Source: Chiloscyllium plagiosum
Taxonomy: Eukaryota
NCBI RefSeq assembly: GCF_004010195.1
Contig: NC_057749.1
Span: 6,717,416 to 6,781,415 of the forward strand
Direction of reading: 5' to 3'
Length of the DNA stretch: 64,000 nucleotides
The notes beneath the pieces were generated by a model. The model worked only from the letters and a program-made list of their open reading frames with translations, did not search any database and was not told the DNA's origin. This document shows, piece after piece, positions 12,231 through 25,352 of the stretch; position 1 is the first letter of the stretch, and the number at the start of each line of letters is the position of its first letter. A program made the position numbers and the translations under genes.

Positions 12231-13065
12231 TCTTTAAACATTTATAATTCTGAGACAGATATATTTTTTTCAAAAAAACAGAGACAAAAATATTCTCTCA
12301 CACACAATAATTTCTTTAAAAATTTAAAAATCTTGCAAACATAATTTTTCAAGCTCTTTCCTTCCTGAGGATCGGAAGTCAATTGATTTCGAGAAAAGCA
12401 AAGGGACTTGTTCTGTGAGAATTGTGAAGAATGTAAATGCCTCAATTATAATTTCCTCTGTTACTGTGCCAAAGGTTTTGAGGATGGCAAAAACAAAACG
12501 TTCAGACATCCTTAACGTGACATTCTGGGTGAGACCGTGCACAGCCAATGTCACCCGATCACTTCTGGCCAATGGACCTGGCAGTGCTGAGCTGACAATG
12601 GCACAGGGTAAGCTGGTGTAACCTGTTACTGCTCGAAAGTGGGGAAGGAGGTTGGTGTGTGGATGAAGGAGCAACACAGGACAGAGAAAAACAGCTTGCG
12701 AAGAAAGCTCTTCACCAAGACATACTCAGACTTAAAGCTGCCTGCTACTGCACAAGTATCATTCCCATTTACTATTCCTGACTTACTAATTAAGACACAT
12801 TGCAAAATTGACCCATCTTTCATGTTCAAAGGGTAACCCTTTTTGTTTTGGCTGAATCTCAACGTGCTTAAAATGCAACAAGTACACTTTTCTAATTGTT
12901 TAAACTATGACCAGATCATTTTTGTTTTTGTAAAGCAAGTGATACTGTGACATTCACATTACTGTATGGCTGGAGTGAGTAACTTGTGGTAATATTCTTT
13001 TGACTGCAGCACTGTGTGGTGACATGTTGACAGCAAGCTGTTCCATGCTCACACAGTGCTGGGAT

Positions 13066-13093
13066 GTCTACCTGTTTAGGAGCGGTGGGAAGG
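13066..13093 (-). other. Start of 3' UTR and probable 3'-UTR intron donor (CAG|GTAGAC, exon end 13072)
   Basis: Donor-like site 22 nt after the stop; from memory, mammalian CELF4/5/6 have an intron shortly after the stop codon. Confidence 0.55.
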
Positions 13094-13221
13094 TCAGTAT
13101 GGTCGGTTAGCGTCTTTTGGTCGTTTCAGTTGTACTTTTAGCCTCTTCATCCCAATCTGAAAGCCGTTCATAGCCTGAATGGCAGCCTGAGCACTGGTAG
13201 GATTGTCAAAACTCACAAACC
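13094..13221 (-). CDS. CELF6: Last coding exon, second half of RRM3: (G)[41 protein letters not shown]
   Basis: Acceptor cttttgctgtttccag; TGA at 13096-13094. The canonical CELF3/4/6 C-terminus is [13 protein letters not shown] (rather than DNPA) favours CELF6. Confidence 0.95.
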
Positions 13222-14219
13222 CTGGAAACAGCAAAAGATACATTTCAGAATGGTGAAATCTACTTATGGCCGAATTCTGAGCTCCCTGAGACATGGCCAG
13301 GGTTTCAGATACAAACGTCAATCACATCCTCAATGTAAAGACCTGACCTGTTTTATTTTGTGTACTTTTTTTTTGTCCTGCTCCTCATGACCCAACAACA
13401 GTGACCTTGTTGTCCACTTGGGCTTGTCCGTGTCTCTCATCACGTTGCTCACGCAACATCAGAGGGTACATCATTTCCTAATGCAGGCAGCTTTATGCTA
13501 CTTAAGATGGCATGTGCGAGTACAAAGAGGAACCTCTATTCCTATTGGATGTCTTGAGGGAAGCTGCTCAAGCAGAGTGCTGTCCATAATGGCTGGTTCC
13601 TTTAAGGCCCCGCTGCGCTCTGTTATTTCTTTACTTCTCTTCCGGAGATGGGGGGATCCCAGGCAAAGTTGGCATTTGCTGCCTGTCCCTAATTGTCCCT
13701 GAACTGAATGGCTTGCTCAACCTTTTCAGAGGGCAGTTAAGATTCAACAACATCACTGTGGGTCTGGTCACAAAGGGGACGGAGAGCAGATTTCCCTCCC
13801 TAAAAGGACATGCGTGAACCAGATGGGTTTTTAAGGCAATTACAATAAGCTATGGGGATATCACTGCACTAGTAATCCAAAGGGCCAGGCTAACAGTCCA
13901 ATGGAACATGGGTTCAAACCCAGCATGGCAGCTAAGTGAAATATGAATTTGATTAATAAACTCTGAATATAATTCTTGTCTCGCTGATAAAGATTCATTT
14001 GGTTCACTGATGCCTCTTCAAGGAAGGAATTCTATTTTCCCTCCCTGGTCTGGTCTGCATGTGACTCCAAACCCACAGTATTATGGTTGACTCCTAACTG
14101 CAGGACACTCAGCTCAATGGAATTAATAACAGCTCAGAAAAAAAAAGAAACATTCTAAATGGTCAGTACTACCGAAACTGGCTTTCAAATCCAGATTATT
14201 ATCGAATTGAAGTTCAACT

Positions 14220-14415
14220 CAGAAAACAAAAAGGAAATTGCTGGCAAAGCTCAGCAGGTCTGGCTGCACCTGTTCCGGGTCTGAGTAAGGGTGGCTCAAC
14301 TTGAAACGTTAACTCCAATTTCTCTCCACAGATGCTGCCAGACCTGCTGAGCTTTGCCAGGAACCTCTGGTTTTGTTTCTGATTTACAGCATCCAGAGTT
14401 CTTTTCGTTTTGATC
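14220..14415. mobile_element. Inverted-repeat mini-PLE (family C)
   Basis: gctggcaaagctcagcaggtctggc is the inverse of gccagacctgctgagctttgccag; contains gaaacgttaactc. Related remnants at about 8285, 15360-15490, 27553, 28950-29095 and 30097. Confidence 0.65.
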
Positions 14416-16044
14416 ATTTGGAATTTCAGTTTCATCAGTCGCTGTAGTTTGATTTGAACGCATGACCCTCAACCTGGCTTACTAGTCCGTTGACATCGTC
14501 ACCACATCACAGTCTCTCCATCGAGGGGCAGAAGACCATGTCCTCAGTTAGAGACTAATTGCTGTTTCTCAGGGGTGTTAAGCTGGGGGAAGAGTTACAT
14601 AAGTAAATAGATCCTGCAATGGCACATGACAGCACCATGCTGCAGAAACAGAACAGAAGGGAATGATTTTGTGCTCCCTAGATGAGAAGGTACTTACATA
14701 CCCCTGGCTCTTCTCCACAGAGGAGAATTATCAGGTGCAGAATAGGATAATTAGCTTTCTTTCTCTTTTTTTTCCACAATGCTTGTTCTTCAAAGTACAC
14801 TGCGCATTGTCAGATTCTCTAGTTACTCAGTGGCGATGTGTTGAATTTGATAATTGAACCAACGCAAGCGTGACATGCATATGTGAGATTTTGAGACACA
14901 ATGGAAGGACTGCTTTTATTTAACTACCAACTATTTTATCCTTGTTCCCTCATTGTGTTAGAGGAATTGTATTGAAAAGCAGCAAAACTCTGCGTTAATT
15001 GTGTAGAACCTTGGGTGGATCACTCTTGAGATTACGAGCACAATTCTAGCTTTCAATGCACAAAGAGGCTAACAGAAAGGTTTAAAAATAGAGTTGACAA
15101 GGATGAGAGTAGAACTGAGTATTCATATCTATCATGAGGGTTAAACAGCCTGGTGCATTTTTCTCTCTGAAATAGAAAAGTCTGAGGGTGATATATGTCT
15201 TTAAAATGATGGGAGAATTTGCCAGGGTCAATATAGAGATGCTTCCACTTGTCGGGAGGTGGGGATGGTTCAGAGCTGGGGCTCATAAACACAAATAAAT
15301 CCAATAAGGAACTCTGAAAGAACTTCCTTAACTGGTGGGTGGTTTTGTGGAACAGATTCAGGAAGTGCTGGAAAGACTTGGTGTGTCCGGCTTCATCTGT
15401 GAATGGTTTTTCACTTCACAGACGCTGCCAGATCTGCTGAATTTCTCCAACACTGTTTTTATTTCAGATTTCCAGCATCTGCAGTTATAGAGTCATAGAG
15501 TCATAGAGATGTACTTTGTTCTTATTTTGATGCTTTTTGTGGAATTTGTTATTGCAGGGAATAAGTGAGGCAAATAATACTGATGTTCTCAAGGAGAGGC
15601 TGGCTAACTCCACCAAGGAGAAAAGGATAGAATGCTGATCTGAAGTGGCAGAAGGCTGTGATGGAACAGAACAGATGGGCTGAATGGCCTGTTTCTGTGC
15701 TGTAAATGTTGTTTAATCATTACTTATACCCTGGTTATCTTTCATCCTTCTTAACATTGGGTGACTGTGAGGGGACATCTTCCAAACTTCTCCACGGGAT
15801 TTTGCCAGCACAGTTCTGTGTGGCCCAATGAAGGTATAGGACTGGTGTCTCTCTGAGTTGTTCACTTCCCTTCCCTTCCTTACACCTGAGATGCAGAGGA
15901 TATCTTCAAACCCTCTGCACGATTGACCTTTAGTAAAAACCCAACCATTGAAATGAATGGAGCATTGGGTTGGGCATTCAAGCTTTTTGAAAAGAGGTTT
16001 GCAAACCTAGCATGACCAATGTAAATACATTAGCTTCCTTTTTG

Positions 16045-16375
16045 GGGAGGCATGGTAGCTCAGTGGTCAGCACTGCTGCCTCACAGTGCCAGGGACCCAG
16101 GAACGATTCCCACCTTGGGCAACTGGCTGTGTGGAGTTTGCACATTCTCCCCGTGTCTGTGTGGGTTTCTTCCGGGTGCTCTGGTTTCCTCCCACAGTCC
16201 AAAGATGTGCAGGTCAGGTGAATTGGACATGCTGAATTGTCCCATAGAATTAGGTGCATTAGTCAGGGGTAAGTGTAGGGTGGGGGAGTGGGTCTGGGTG
16301 GGTTACTGTTTGGAGGGTAGGTGTGGACCTGTTGAGCCGAAGGGCCTGTTCCATACTGTGAGAAATCAAATTTAA
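16045..16375 (+). mobile_element. HE1-type SINE (additional tail fragment at about 16470-16580)
   Basis: Same head, V-domain and tail. Confidence 0.9.
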
Positions 16376-17029
16376 CTTATAAGCACTGGGGCACAACTGG
16401 GTGTGATATAGAGAAGAAGAAGGAATTATTAATCAGTTGACTATTCTGAATCAAATTGTCCTGTGGAACAATATAGAGTAATAGGGTAGGGGAATGATCT
16501 GGGCGGGTTACTCTTTGGAGGGTCGGTGTGGACTTGATTGGCCAAATGGCCTACTTCCGCACTATAGGTATTCTATAATTGGGGGTTCAATGAATAGTAC
16601 AGCATCCTATTTCATGAGAAGTAAATGTACAGCAGATGTAAAAAAGAACAATGAATAAAGTGTGATAGTGGGATCAATTCAGGAAGACTCCAGATTCAAA
16701 TGAGGAGATGGTGGATTGAGGAATCAGGTTTGATTTCCATGTCTATGTTGCACTCCTTTAAATCAGATACCACAATAGGCTCCTGACTTCGCAAAGCTAT
16801 TCTCAATTTATTAGAGTCATTGAGGTCTAAAGCACCGAAAGAGGCCCTATCCAGTCTGTACCAGTCAAAAAGACCTACCTAATTATTCTAATCCCATTTT
16901 CCAGCAAATCACCTATACCGCACATGCCCAGGTATATATTTAAATTCAAACTTCCCATCTACCACGGTAGGCCAGGGATGTTCCTGCTATGCCATTGCTT
17001 CCCTCTGAGTTAGCAGAAAGCAGTCACTT

Positions 17030-17365
17030 GATGGTACAGAACTTCAATGTTGTTGACAAGCAAGAGATAAGTTGCCAAATGTTTTCATCTTTCTACTCAT
17101 CAGGACAAATGCAAGAATCTCAGATTTTAAGCCACCACAATAGTTGGAAGGCAAGTAGCTATCCGGAGCAGCCAAATTAACAGTAAGGTCCTCCAAACAG
17201 CAATTATTTCATAGCTTGGCCAATTGGAGTCAACTTGCCATCCATTCAGAATCCTCTTCTCCTGTAGTATAAACTGTTGTGATCATTTGAAATTTGGCAC
17301 TCTTGTATTGGTCCTGATGAGTACAAGGAGTTAAGCTTCAGCAACATGTCCCTCATTTCAACAGC
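17030..17365. mobile_element. PLE family D inverted terminal-repeat remnant
   Basis: actcatcaggacaaatgcaagaat (about 17095) is the inverse of tcttgtattggtcctgatgagt (about 17301-17322). Confidence 0.55.
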
Positions 17366-18269
17366 ACAAACAGAAAACTTTGAGAATGGATCTCCAGTAA
17401 GATCCTTCTGTTACACCTCCCTTTCTGTCCTTAGAACATGGGGATAACATACTTGTATCCTTGAAGGTTCCACATTTAAGTTATGCTGAAAATGTAGAAT
17501 TGATGGGATAAAGTCTCATCTTCACCACAGTCTGACACAAAATGATCACTCATTTGTTTGAAACCCACCTGATTGTCATCCTATTGAAGTCTAGTTTAAC
17601 AGAACAGTATCTCATTTTAAGAAAGAAAACATTTTGCATTTACATTTCACACCATCAGGAAATCCCAAAGTGAAGAACGTATATCTTATAGTCGCCCTTC
17701 TAATCATAAAATGTAGGAAATGAAACAGCCAAACTGTGCAAATGATTTAGTAACCCAAGAATCTGTTTCTTTGTGATGTTATCTGCGGAATAAATACTGG
17801 CCCAGGGACTGGGGGAAAATCCCCTGAAGTTCCTAGTCACAGTGTATGAGATTATTTCTGTTCATCGGAGTAGACAAATAGGGTCTCTGTTTCAATTTCT
17901 GACAGACAGTGCTTACAACAGTGCAGCACTCCCTCAGGACTGCACTTGAATGCCAGGCTAGACTTTATGCCTCAGTTATTGCAGCGGTGCCTGAACCACT
18001 ATTGGAGTTGTGTGGTGTTCTAGATGATGTTTAGGGTCCACTGCTCTGGGATTGAGATGTGGCTAGAGTCTTAGGACTTTTAAAGTAATTCTTTATCTTC
18101 ACCACGTGAACTGCATAGATTCTAATTAAGCACAAGGACTAAGCACTTCTCCACCTTAATCATTGTCATCAATGAGACAGCCTCCTACGTTTATGCTCAA
18201 GTACTTACCTTCTCAGTATGAGGTTAGAGGCCTCCTACTGAGTGAATGTGACAACTGATTTATCGATAA

Positions 18270-18625
18270 GACAGAGAAGCAGAAGTAGGCCATTCAACCC
18301 TTCAAGTCTGATCCAACATTCAACGAGATCATGGCTGATCTGTTAATCCCAAACTCCACTTGCCTGTCTTTTTCCCATAACTCTTCATTTTCTTACTGAA
18401 TAAAAATCTGTTTTTCTCAGCCTTGAATGTACGTCATGACCCGGCCTCGACAGCCCACTATGTTAAAGAATTCCACAGGATTACAACCCTCAGAAAAGAA
18501 ATTCTTCCTAACCCTAATGCTATCCCTATGTTCTAAATGGGCAATCTCTTAGTCTGAGATTACGCCCTCTGTTCCTAGACTCTCCCACAAGAGGAAACAA
18601 CTTCTCCAACATCTACCATGTCAAA
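18270..18625 (-). mobile_element. CR1 LINE 3' end
   Basis: gtaggccattcaaccc...gatcatggctgatct antisense CR1 tail. Confidence 0.7.
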
Positions 18626-20199
18626 TCAATTTATGTCAGACCTATAGAGAATATCAGAATGCCATTAGATTTGCCAAAAGGTTTTACTACTCGGTTTTGT
18701 TAGTAACCGCTTGATGGAAACAGTCCAAAGTTGATTCTGTCATCTTTCTCCAGTCATTATTTGGATTCAGATACCTCATGAAATGAGTGTGCTGGTCTTG
18801 ATTAACAAATATGGTCAGGAATTAGATGGGCTGAATGGTCACTTTCCAAATTGCAACAATTCTGTAATTCTGACTTATCAGGCTTGTTCAGAGTCATCTT
18901 CAGCAGATTCATTTTTCTATGTCTATTGACACCCTCGAGGCTACAATTAATCTGAAATATTATGGCTACAAGAGCAGGTCAGGGGCCGGGTATTCTGTGC
19001 TGACTCATTCACTTCCAGAATCTTTACCATCCTTTTTAAAAAATCTTTAATGGGATGCAGGTATCACTAGCAAGCTCAGCATTTATTGACCATCCCTAAT
19101 TGCCCTTGAACTGAGTGGCTTGCTTGAACATTTCAGATATTTTCAAAAGAGTCAACCACATTGCTCTGGGTTTGGCATCATATGTAGACGAGATCAGAAT
19201 GGCTGGTTACCTTCTCCTAAGGGCACAGTGAACTAAAAGCATTATTACATCAACCAATGATGCTTTCATGGTCACCATAACTGAAGCTAGCTTTTCACTC
19301 CAGTGGTTGCTGGGATTTAAAACCATGACCACAGTGCATTAACGCGCCCAGTGATATGACCACTATACCACTGTCTCTCCAAGGCACAGGAAAGGCACAG
19401 GAAAGGCACATTCTCTTCACTTGACTGGATGGCTACACATCCAACAACATTCAAGAAGCTCACCAGCATCTAAAACTTAACTGCTTTAATTGGCACTCGA
19501 TCCACTTCCTTAAATATTCACCCTTGACCGCTGATATACCAGCAGCAGTAACGTGCATTCTGGAAAGAATTCACTGCAGGAATTTCTCTGAAAGCTCCTT
19601 TAACTGGACCTTCTAAACTCAAGTTCAAGTAAAAGAACGAAGGCAGCAGGTACATGGGAATACCAAGGCTTCCTGACCCGGAACTGTATCACTATTCCTG
19701 TTGTCATGAGTTCAAAATCTTGGAACTAGATCCAAGCATTACTATTCAACTACTTGTGTACTTCTTGTTGTGGGTATGTTCGTCAAACATACCCACAGCA
19801 ACTGCAACCAGCATCTGAGCTACAAATCTTTGCACAAATCTTGAACTTAGGTACTGTAATATTCCTTTACTTACATCTTGATACCGCTTTAGTGTGTACT
19901 GGACCTCGCTCATCACGTGTTCACTTTTGACTTAGTCTCTTTTCTCTTGTTGATGTCAGCATCAGGCAATAGCTAACCTCATCATGACATGCATGGGTCT
20001 CACTAAACCAGCGACTCTGGTTTGGTTTTCTGACTAGACAAAGGAACTCGACTTCACTGCATGATCAAATTTTACAAGATACATGACTGATAGAAAGAAA
20101 TGGTTAGGGAGTTAGATGGGACAAACCAGAGAATTGAAGACAAGAAATAGCAAGGAATAGCGAAAGATTTAGAGAATTAAGGTTGGAGAGATAGATCGG

Positions 20200-20688
20200 T
20201 AAGATAGTGGTTAGCACTGCTGCCTCACAGCACCAGGGACCCAGGTTCAATTCCAGCCTCGGGTGACTGCCTGTGTGGAGTTTGCACATTCTCCCTGTGT
20301 CTGTGTGGGTTTCCTCCCATGGCCCAACGACATGCAGGTCAGGTGAATTGGCCATGCTAAATTGCCCATAGTGTTAGGTGCATTTGTCAGAGGGAAATGA
20401 GTCTGGGTGGGTTACTCTTCAGAGGAACATAGAACATAGAACATTACAGCACAGTACAGACCCTTCGGCCCTCAATGTTGCGCAGACCTGTCATATCAAT
20501 CTGAAGCCCATCTAACCTACACTATTACGTGTATGTCCATATGCTTGTCCAATGATACCTTAAATGTACTTAAAGTTGGCGAATCTACTACCGTTGCAGG
20601 CAAAGCATTCCATACCCTTACCAATCTCTGAGTAGTGTGGACGTGGGCCAAATGGCCTGTTTCCACACTGTAGGGAATCTAATTTAAA
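20200..20688 (+). mobile_element. HE1-type SINE interrupted by an antisense CR1 3' end (about 20425-20633)
   Basis: SINE body resumes at gtgtggac about 20635; the insert begins with an (aacatag)n tail. Confidence 0.8.
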
Positions 20689-21143
20689 TGGATGGATAGA
20701 GAGAAGTCGTGAGATAAAATGGTAGAGTTGAACAGAAGAGGAACTGAATCAGGACCTTTTCAATATATTACAAATTGACCTTAGAGTGTTGAGTGTCAAT
20801 GGCAAGGTTAAAATTTATTGCCCATGAGAAGGTGATAGGGCACCTTCGCTGTAGGCTTTATGGTGTGGGTGCGTCCACTGTAATGGTCACACTCTGGGAC
20901 AACACACTTTGTGGCTGTTAAAAATCACCCACATTAGCATTGATGTGGTGTCACGTATAAACCAGACCTAGTAAGAATGATAGATATCCTTCAATGAAGA
21001 CCATTAGTGAACCAGGGTTTTGACTCCAATCATGTAGTTTCATGAATTGATCAATAAGGTTTGCACTTTATTCCAGATTGGTTGAGTAATTGACTTTAAT
21101 TTCCCCAGCCTCTGGTGCATTTCGAGCTCATGTGTCCAGAGTA

Positions 21144-21426
21144 CAGGTACACAATCCTTGATCTGAAATTCCGAAATCCTAAAAGCTCTGAAATCTGAAA
21201 TTCTTTTCATGGAGTGCAGAGTGTCATTTTGGCATGCGAACATGTGACCCAACTCCACACCCACCCGAGTTATGTTTCAGCGCTCAGACTATTCCCACAT
21301 GTGTCTGTTGTTAGGTAATTTTCTAAAATTTCACTGTGAAAATGCCATTTATCCCGAAATCCGAAAAATTCCAAATTCCGAAAAACAACTGGCCTCAAGG
21401 ATTTCGGATAAAGGATTGTGTACTTG
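21144..21426. mobile_element. Tigger4/MER46-like MITE
   Basis: TIRs caggtacacaatccttgatctgaaattcc and ggatttcggataaaggattgtgtacttg; internal TCCGAAA repeats; inserted in an older SINE. Confidence 0.75.
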
Positions 21427-22568
21427 ATTGTAACTCAGGTCATGAACATACACATCCATAACACTGGGTTTCTAACCTTCTAAAAAAGAGAATATTTTCA
21501 TTAAACAGCAGAGACAGAGAGACAAGGACAGAGAGACAGAGACAGAGTGAGAAAGTGTGCGAGAAAGAAGAGAGATAGTAAAACAGTGAGAAAGAATATT
21601 TCATGCAGGCATTGTATTGTAAGAGGACATTACAGTTGGTGCCAACTGAAGGACAATGAACTGGAGTGTTTCCAACTATCAACATACATGGGGATTTTAA
21701 AGGGATTCAGAAATGTCCAAATATTCAAGGACTAGGCCAGAGTACACTGTTGTTCTCTGATGGTTGACAGACAATCTGATTTCATGCAACTAGGGAATTA
21801 ATTCAGAACTGTATGCATATTTCAGTTTTGAAGTGGAGGTGACATTTTCCATGACCTGACCCCATGAATAAAGTATTTCCATTATATTGTGGTCTGAGCT
21901 GCTGGAAATTTGAAATCGAGTGATATGGAGATATCAAGTAGCGTGACTGACAGCTCATTTTAAACTGGTTGGTGCCTCTCTGTACTCAACTGCATGAATT
22001 ATCAAGCTCCCAGCTGCCATTTATAGATCAAATCGCATAACAGCAGGTCACGTTACAACTCTGGGCGGGCAGACATGTTAACGTTGCCCTTTTGAGTGGC
22101 AGCTCGATAAGAATATCACTCTCAGAATGCAAGTTTCGTTTAATCCGAACTATTGCACAAAATTATTTGGTCTGAGCTTAAAGGGACCCAGCACCCTCAT
22201 TTCCAACGGAGCCAGGGGATAACTGAGATTGTGAACCTGCTTAGAGCTCTCTTACTGAGATGCCAAGTGCTCTGTCAAGTTCATGTTACAGTCTCTAGAC
22301 ACTGATCTCCAAATAAATTCCTCACAAACTGGATCTGTGTGGAAGTTTTATTTCTCTTCCATTTTGCTCATTCATTGTTTAACAGGCTGCTATCCATGCA
22401 CTGAATTGAACTTGCAAAAATTCATAAGGGTTTTATTGGAAATTTATAGTTTGGCACAGACATCAGTTTCCACCTTTTCCTTTCTGTATCCTTTCCCTGT
22501 TCAGAAGAGCCCAGCCTTCTCTATGTTTAAGAGAAATCCCAGGTCACCCAACTGAAAACAATTACTAT

Positions 22569-22582
22569 CCACCAGGGGGCAG
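22569..22582 (+). promoter_or_regulatory. Candidate CTCF site
   Basis: CCACCAGGGGGCAG closely matches the CTCF core CCACCAGGGGGCGC. Confidence 0.45.
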
Positions 22583-22585
22583 TAC

Positions 22586-22851
22586 TAGATTAGATTACTT
22601 ACAGTGTGAAAACAGGCCCCCCCGGCCCAGCAAGTCCACACCGACCCTCCGAAGAGCAACCCACCCCGACACATTCCCCCCTGGCCAATTCATCTAACCT
22701 GCACGTCTTTGGATTGTGGGAGGAAACCAGAGCACCCAGAGGAAACCCACACAGACACGGGGAGAATGTGCAAACTCCACACAGTTGCCCGAGGCAGGTG
22801 TTGAACTCGGGACTCTGGGGCTGGGAGGTACTGAGCCACCATGCCACCGTG
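22586..22851 (-). mobile_element. HE1-type SINE
   Basis: (tagat)n tail and V-domain on the minus strand. Confidence 0.85.
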
Positions 22852-22899
22852 AAGAAAGCATAGGGAAAAATGTTTAAATGGTGTTAGAGGGACAGACAA

Positions 22900-23372
22900 T
22901 AGAACAGATTTACAAGGATGTTGTTAGGATTGCAGGAATTTGAGCTATCGTGAGAGGCTGAATAGGCTGGAGCTGTTTTCCCTGGAGTGTCGGAGGCTGA
23001 GGGGTGACCTTATAGGGGTTTATAAAATCACGAGGAGAGTGTTAGGGTGATTAGCCAAGTTCCATCAGCTCAGACCACAATATAATGGTAATACTTTTCC
23101 CTGGGGGAGGGGAATTTAAAACTAGAGGGCATAGGTTTAGAGTGAGAGGGGAAATATTTAAAAAGGACCTAAGGGGCAACTTTTTTCATAGAGGGTAGTG
23201 CGTGTATGGAATGAGCTGCCAGAGGAAGTGGTGGATGGGTATATGAATAGGAAGGGTGAAGAGGAATGTGGACCAAATACTGGCAAGTGGGACTGGATTA
23301 ATTTAGGATATGTGGTTGGCATGGATGAGTTGGACCGAAGGGTCTGTTTTGGTGCCATATGACTCTATGACA
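22900..23372 (+). mobile_element. CR1/HER1-type LINE 3' fragment
   Basis: Homologous to 5060-5533. Confidence 0.85.
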
Positions 23373-25164
23373 ATACTGTACACCCAGCCCCTGTGGTGTC
23401 CATCTCTTTCTTAAAAACATTGAGGCCATTGCTGTTCCGTCTCCATGGACACCCGAGGAGCAAACCCAGCTCTCTATTGTTTTAAAATGAAGTTGTTCCG
23501 AAGTGTTATGACGCACCATAAAAATAGGTGGAACTTGAACCCAAGCTTCCCATCCCAGAGGTAGGGATAATACCACTGCAGGACAGATGCACAAAATCCA
23601 ATGATCTGCATTTCCAACTTAGCCATCCGTCATTCCCCCACATCCTTTTTTTTCGCTTTATCTTTTGGCAATGTGTGTCGGTCACTGGCTAGGCCAGTAT
23701 TTATTGCTCGTTCCTTTTCCTGTGCTTTGCAATTGCATCCAGGAGCCACACCTTTGCCTGACGTGATTGTCCATAATGCCAAACAGGCCCCCATGCGTCC
23801 TGTGATGTCAACTGGCAGCAGGAAACCAGTGATCCACATTCTCGCCCGGACGCCAAAATGGCCAAAGAGATGGACAGCTCAGACCAGGCCAGTGAGGTCA
23901 GCTGGTCATGTGCATTTATTGTTCCACCTAGTGGTGACATTCACCATAAACATAGCCACCATCATCAAAAATCTCTCTTCCTCATTGCAACATGGAAGAT
24001 AATTCTAGGTAGCCTGGAACCAGAAGCGTGTTCTTTGACATACCCCATTGTCCCATTGCACCATCAGAACAAATACACTTCTTCTACGCAGGCTTTACTG
24101 AAGCAGTAGAATGGTAAAATTACCATAGTTTTACCAGACAAGTAGGACTGCTCTCTCTTTCTCTCATTAGAAAGAGATGACTGGTGGTGGTTTAACGTGA
24201 GGGTCACCACACCTCAGGAGAGGGGAGAGGTTGAGAAGGAGAGTCCTTAAAAGTAACCTCAGCCAGTGTGGAAAGTCAGCCCATACTCTGCAATGCAAAC
24301 CAGCCATCCAGTCAACTGAGCTAACCATGACTGAAGCAATACATTGTACAGCAGACACAAGATAAAACTATTATGCACCTCCCTGATGCTGACAGTTAAA
24401 AGGTTCTGCACATATCATTGTGTAATCTTCCATCAGAAATGTTCTTTGAACTTCGCGTCCATTGACATATCCGCGAGGTTGTATTTAGACCCTTTATATG
24501 CACATCCACCAAAGTTATGACAGTGGCGAGGGCGAACATCTCAATGAATACATTTCAGTCATTTAGCTGCAGACATTTAATGGACTGAATTTAAATTCTA
24601 GTAATGCCAATATCCCTTGAATGAATATTAAAGAAAATCATGCAGGTGGCTCAAATTTTATTGCCTTCATTTATGGTCTGTGCTCCTTTCATTAAAGGTT
24701 CTCAGGTATTTGCAAAATCTACCCTATCATGTGTGTATCATTTCACAAATACTGCTTTAGGTGCAGATAGTTCTTTGCTTCTTCAACTTCAGTTATTCGC
24801 CTTGGAAGATCGTTTGGTATTTTTCCCATTTCTCCTGCTTAGGACTTTTCTGATACTCCTCAAACCCTTAAGTCATCCTTCCACTCACTGTAGATACCTA
24901 TAAGCTTATCTAAGGTAATGGGTTTTCATTATCCAGGACGGTTCTGATTCTGAGGCTAATTTTAACTGTTATTGTGTAAAATTGTGTATGTTAACCCACT
25001 AAGGCTCAATTTAGTCTTCCACAGTAGGGTCAACTCTCATATAGTATGGTCCAGCTTGGGAACACTACCCCAACAAGCCAAGCTGCTGGAATGTTAATAT
25101 TGGGAGATTGAGAGATTTCCATTGACAACACCCATGTCTGTGCCAAACATAACACATTCAGAGA

Positions 25165-25352
25165 TCACAGTCACACAACTCCAGGTAATCGTCCAGCAGG
25201 TTGACTTGAATTCACAAGCTTTCAGAACACTGCTCCTTCGTCAGATGCACTCCGAAAGCTTGTGATTTCAAGTAAACTTGTTGGACTATAACCTGGTGTC
25301 ATGTGACCTCTGACTTTGTCCACCCCAGTCCAACACCGGCACTCCACATCAT
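25165..25352. mobile_element. Inverted-repeat mini-PLE (family B)
   Basis: cacaagctttc...gaaagcttgtg inverted arms; short flanking direct repeat tcagagat. Confidence 0.7.
25213..25247 (-). ncRNA. Minimal hammerhead motif (PLE family B)
   Basis: CAU-CUGACGA-A-GGAGC(AGU)GUUCU-GAAAG-CUU^GUG; palindrome AGCU. Confidence 0.6.

Noticed and set aside
13572..13598. Possible REST/RE1 site (minus strand ...ttatggacagcact)
   Set aside because: Only the right half-site matches; the left half CAGCACC is absent at canonical spacing.
19381..19410. aaggcacagga x2.7 tandem repeat
   Set aside because: Short slippage duplication at a repeat junction; no evidence of function.
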